A DNA stretch of 64,000 nucleotides from Squalus acanthias (lineage: Eukaryota). The DNA lies in NCBI GenBank assembly GCA_030390025.1, contig CM059431.1, forward strand, positions 97,714,001 through 97,778,000. The letters run 5' to 3'. Numbering within the stretch: the stretch's first letter is position 1; the number at the start of each line of letters is the position of its first letter. The translations under genes were made by a program, and so were the position numbers. The notes below the pieces were generated by a model. It made no database searches and was not told where the DNA came from. It saw only the letters and a list, made by a program, of their open reading frames with translations. This document shows, one piece after another, positions 63,165 through 64,000 of this stretch.

Positions 63165-64000
63165 TGTAGGGGGTGGTGTGGTAGGGGTCAGCCTCACCTC
63201 TGACTCAGTGAGCGGTTCGAATCGCTCCCACGCCCCTGGTTCTAGACCTTGGACTTATTTAGGGGTCGTGAAAAAAGGTGCAGTGGACAACAGGTTTTGA
63301 TGAAAGAACTTTGACTTTTATTCAAGGAAGTAAAACACAACACAAACACTCTTATCACGCTAAAGGTGGGGAACACTTCGGTACAAGCGAGGGAAATAAC
63401 ATTAGAAGAATACTTCACCCCTCCCAATCCCACTTCACTAGCTAGGTTGAACTCTGGAGAACCGGGGATAATGCTCACCAAACGAATCCTTGACAGTTTA
63501 GAGTTAGGGTTTAGAGTCTTTTGAGTAAGAGGTTTCGTACGGCCCTTGTTGCCGCGAGGTGTCCGATGGTCACTGAGGCAGTCGCTCTGGTTTCTTCTTG
63601 CGTGTCGGTCTGCTTGTGAAGCTGTTGGCCTTCTTTGTTTAACTTCTTGCTGTAACTCTGCCTCTGTTTAAACTGTCTTCTTCCGAGCTGTGGAACTGCC
63701 TTCTTGCAGAACTGTGGAAACTGCCTTCTGCCTGCTTCTGTAACTGCAGCCCTGACTTCTGTTCAACACAGGCTTTTAAAATTGAACTGCAGAACTGACT
63801 TCTGTTGAACTTGTAACTGTTTTACTGGAGAACTGTAACTCCCTTCTTACTGAACTGTTGTAACTGCTTGATGGGCCTTCAATTATACTAAATTGAAGTG
63901 GCCTTGTCGAAACCAAATCAAATCCTGGTCATTGTAAGACCTCGTTAACAGTAACTACTTTACTAAGTGTCAAATGGCTTGCGTCCTGTCGATCTCTTCG
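63165..64000. mobile_element. Unclassified element, possibly an LTR on minus, running off the window
   Basis: Starts TGTAGG; AATAAA on minus near 63317; repeated AACTG/ACTGT motifs; no coding signal and second end not visible. Confidence 0.3.

Overview
Repeat-dense vertebrate genomic DNA. The repeat families point to a cartilaginous fish (shark/ray-like); this is inference. Two genes sit head-to-head on a CpG island. ING1 is complete on the minus strand (two coding exons, 276 aa). Only the first two coding exons of mitochondrial CysRS CARS2 are on the plus strand; exon 3 was not found in the window. Most of the rest is nested transposons: at least five CR1 LINE families, L2, RTE, a Crack/Daphne-like LINE with a tRNA-derived head, tRNA-derived SINEs with an expanded 33-bp minisatellite, a PIF/Harbinger remnant with a spliced Myb/SANT gene, a Harbinger-type MITE, and an inverted Penelope element with hammerhead-like motifs. 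Best leads: (1) a (T/G)TTAAAC-TAA slippery heptamer at the ORF1/ORF2 junction of three divergent CR1 families with ORF2 in the -1 frame, suggesting programmed frameshifting; (2) a SINE tail supplying the polypyrimidine tract of ING1 exon 2; (3) a 734-bp-arm Penelope palindrome with a micro-inversion beside CARS2 exon 2; (4) an intronic CCAAT/TATA promoter antisense to ING1. Repeat boundaries were read by eye and are approximate unless a TSD is given.
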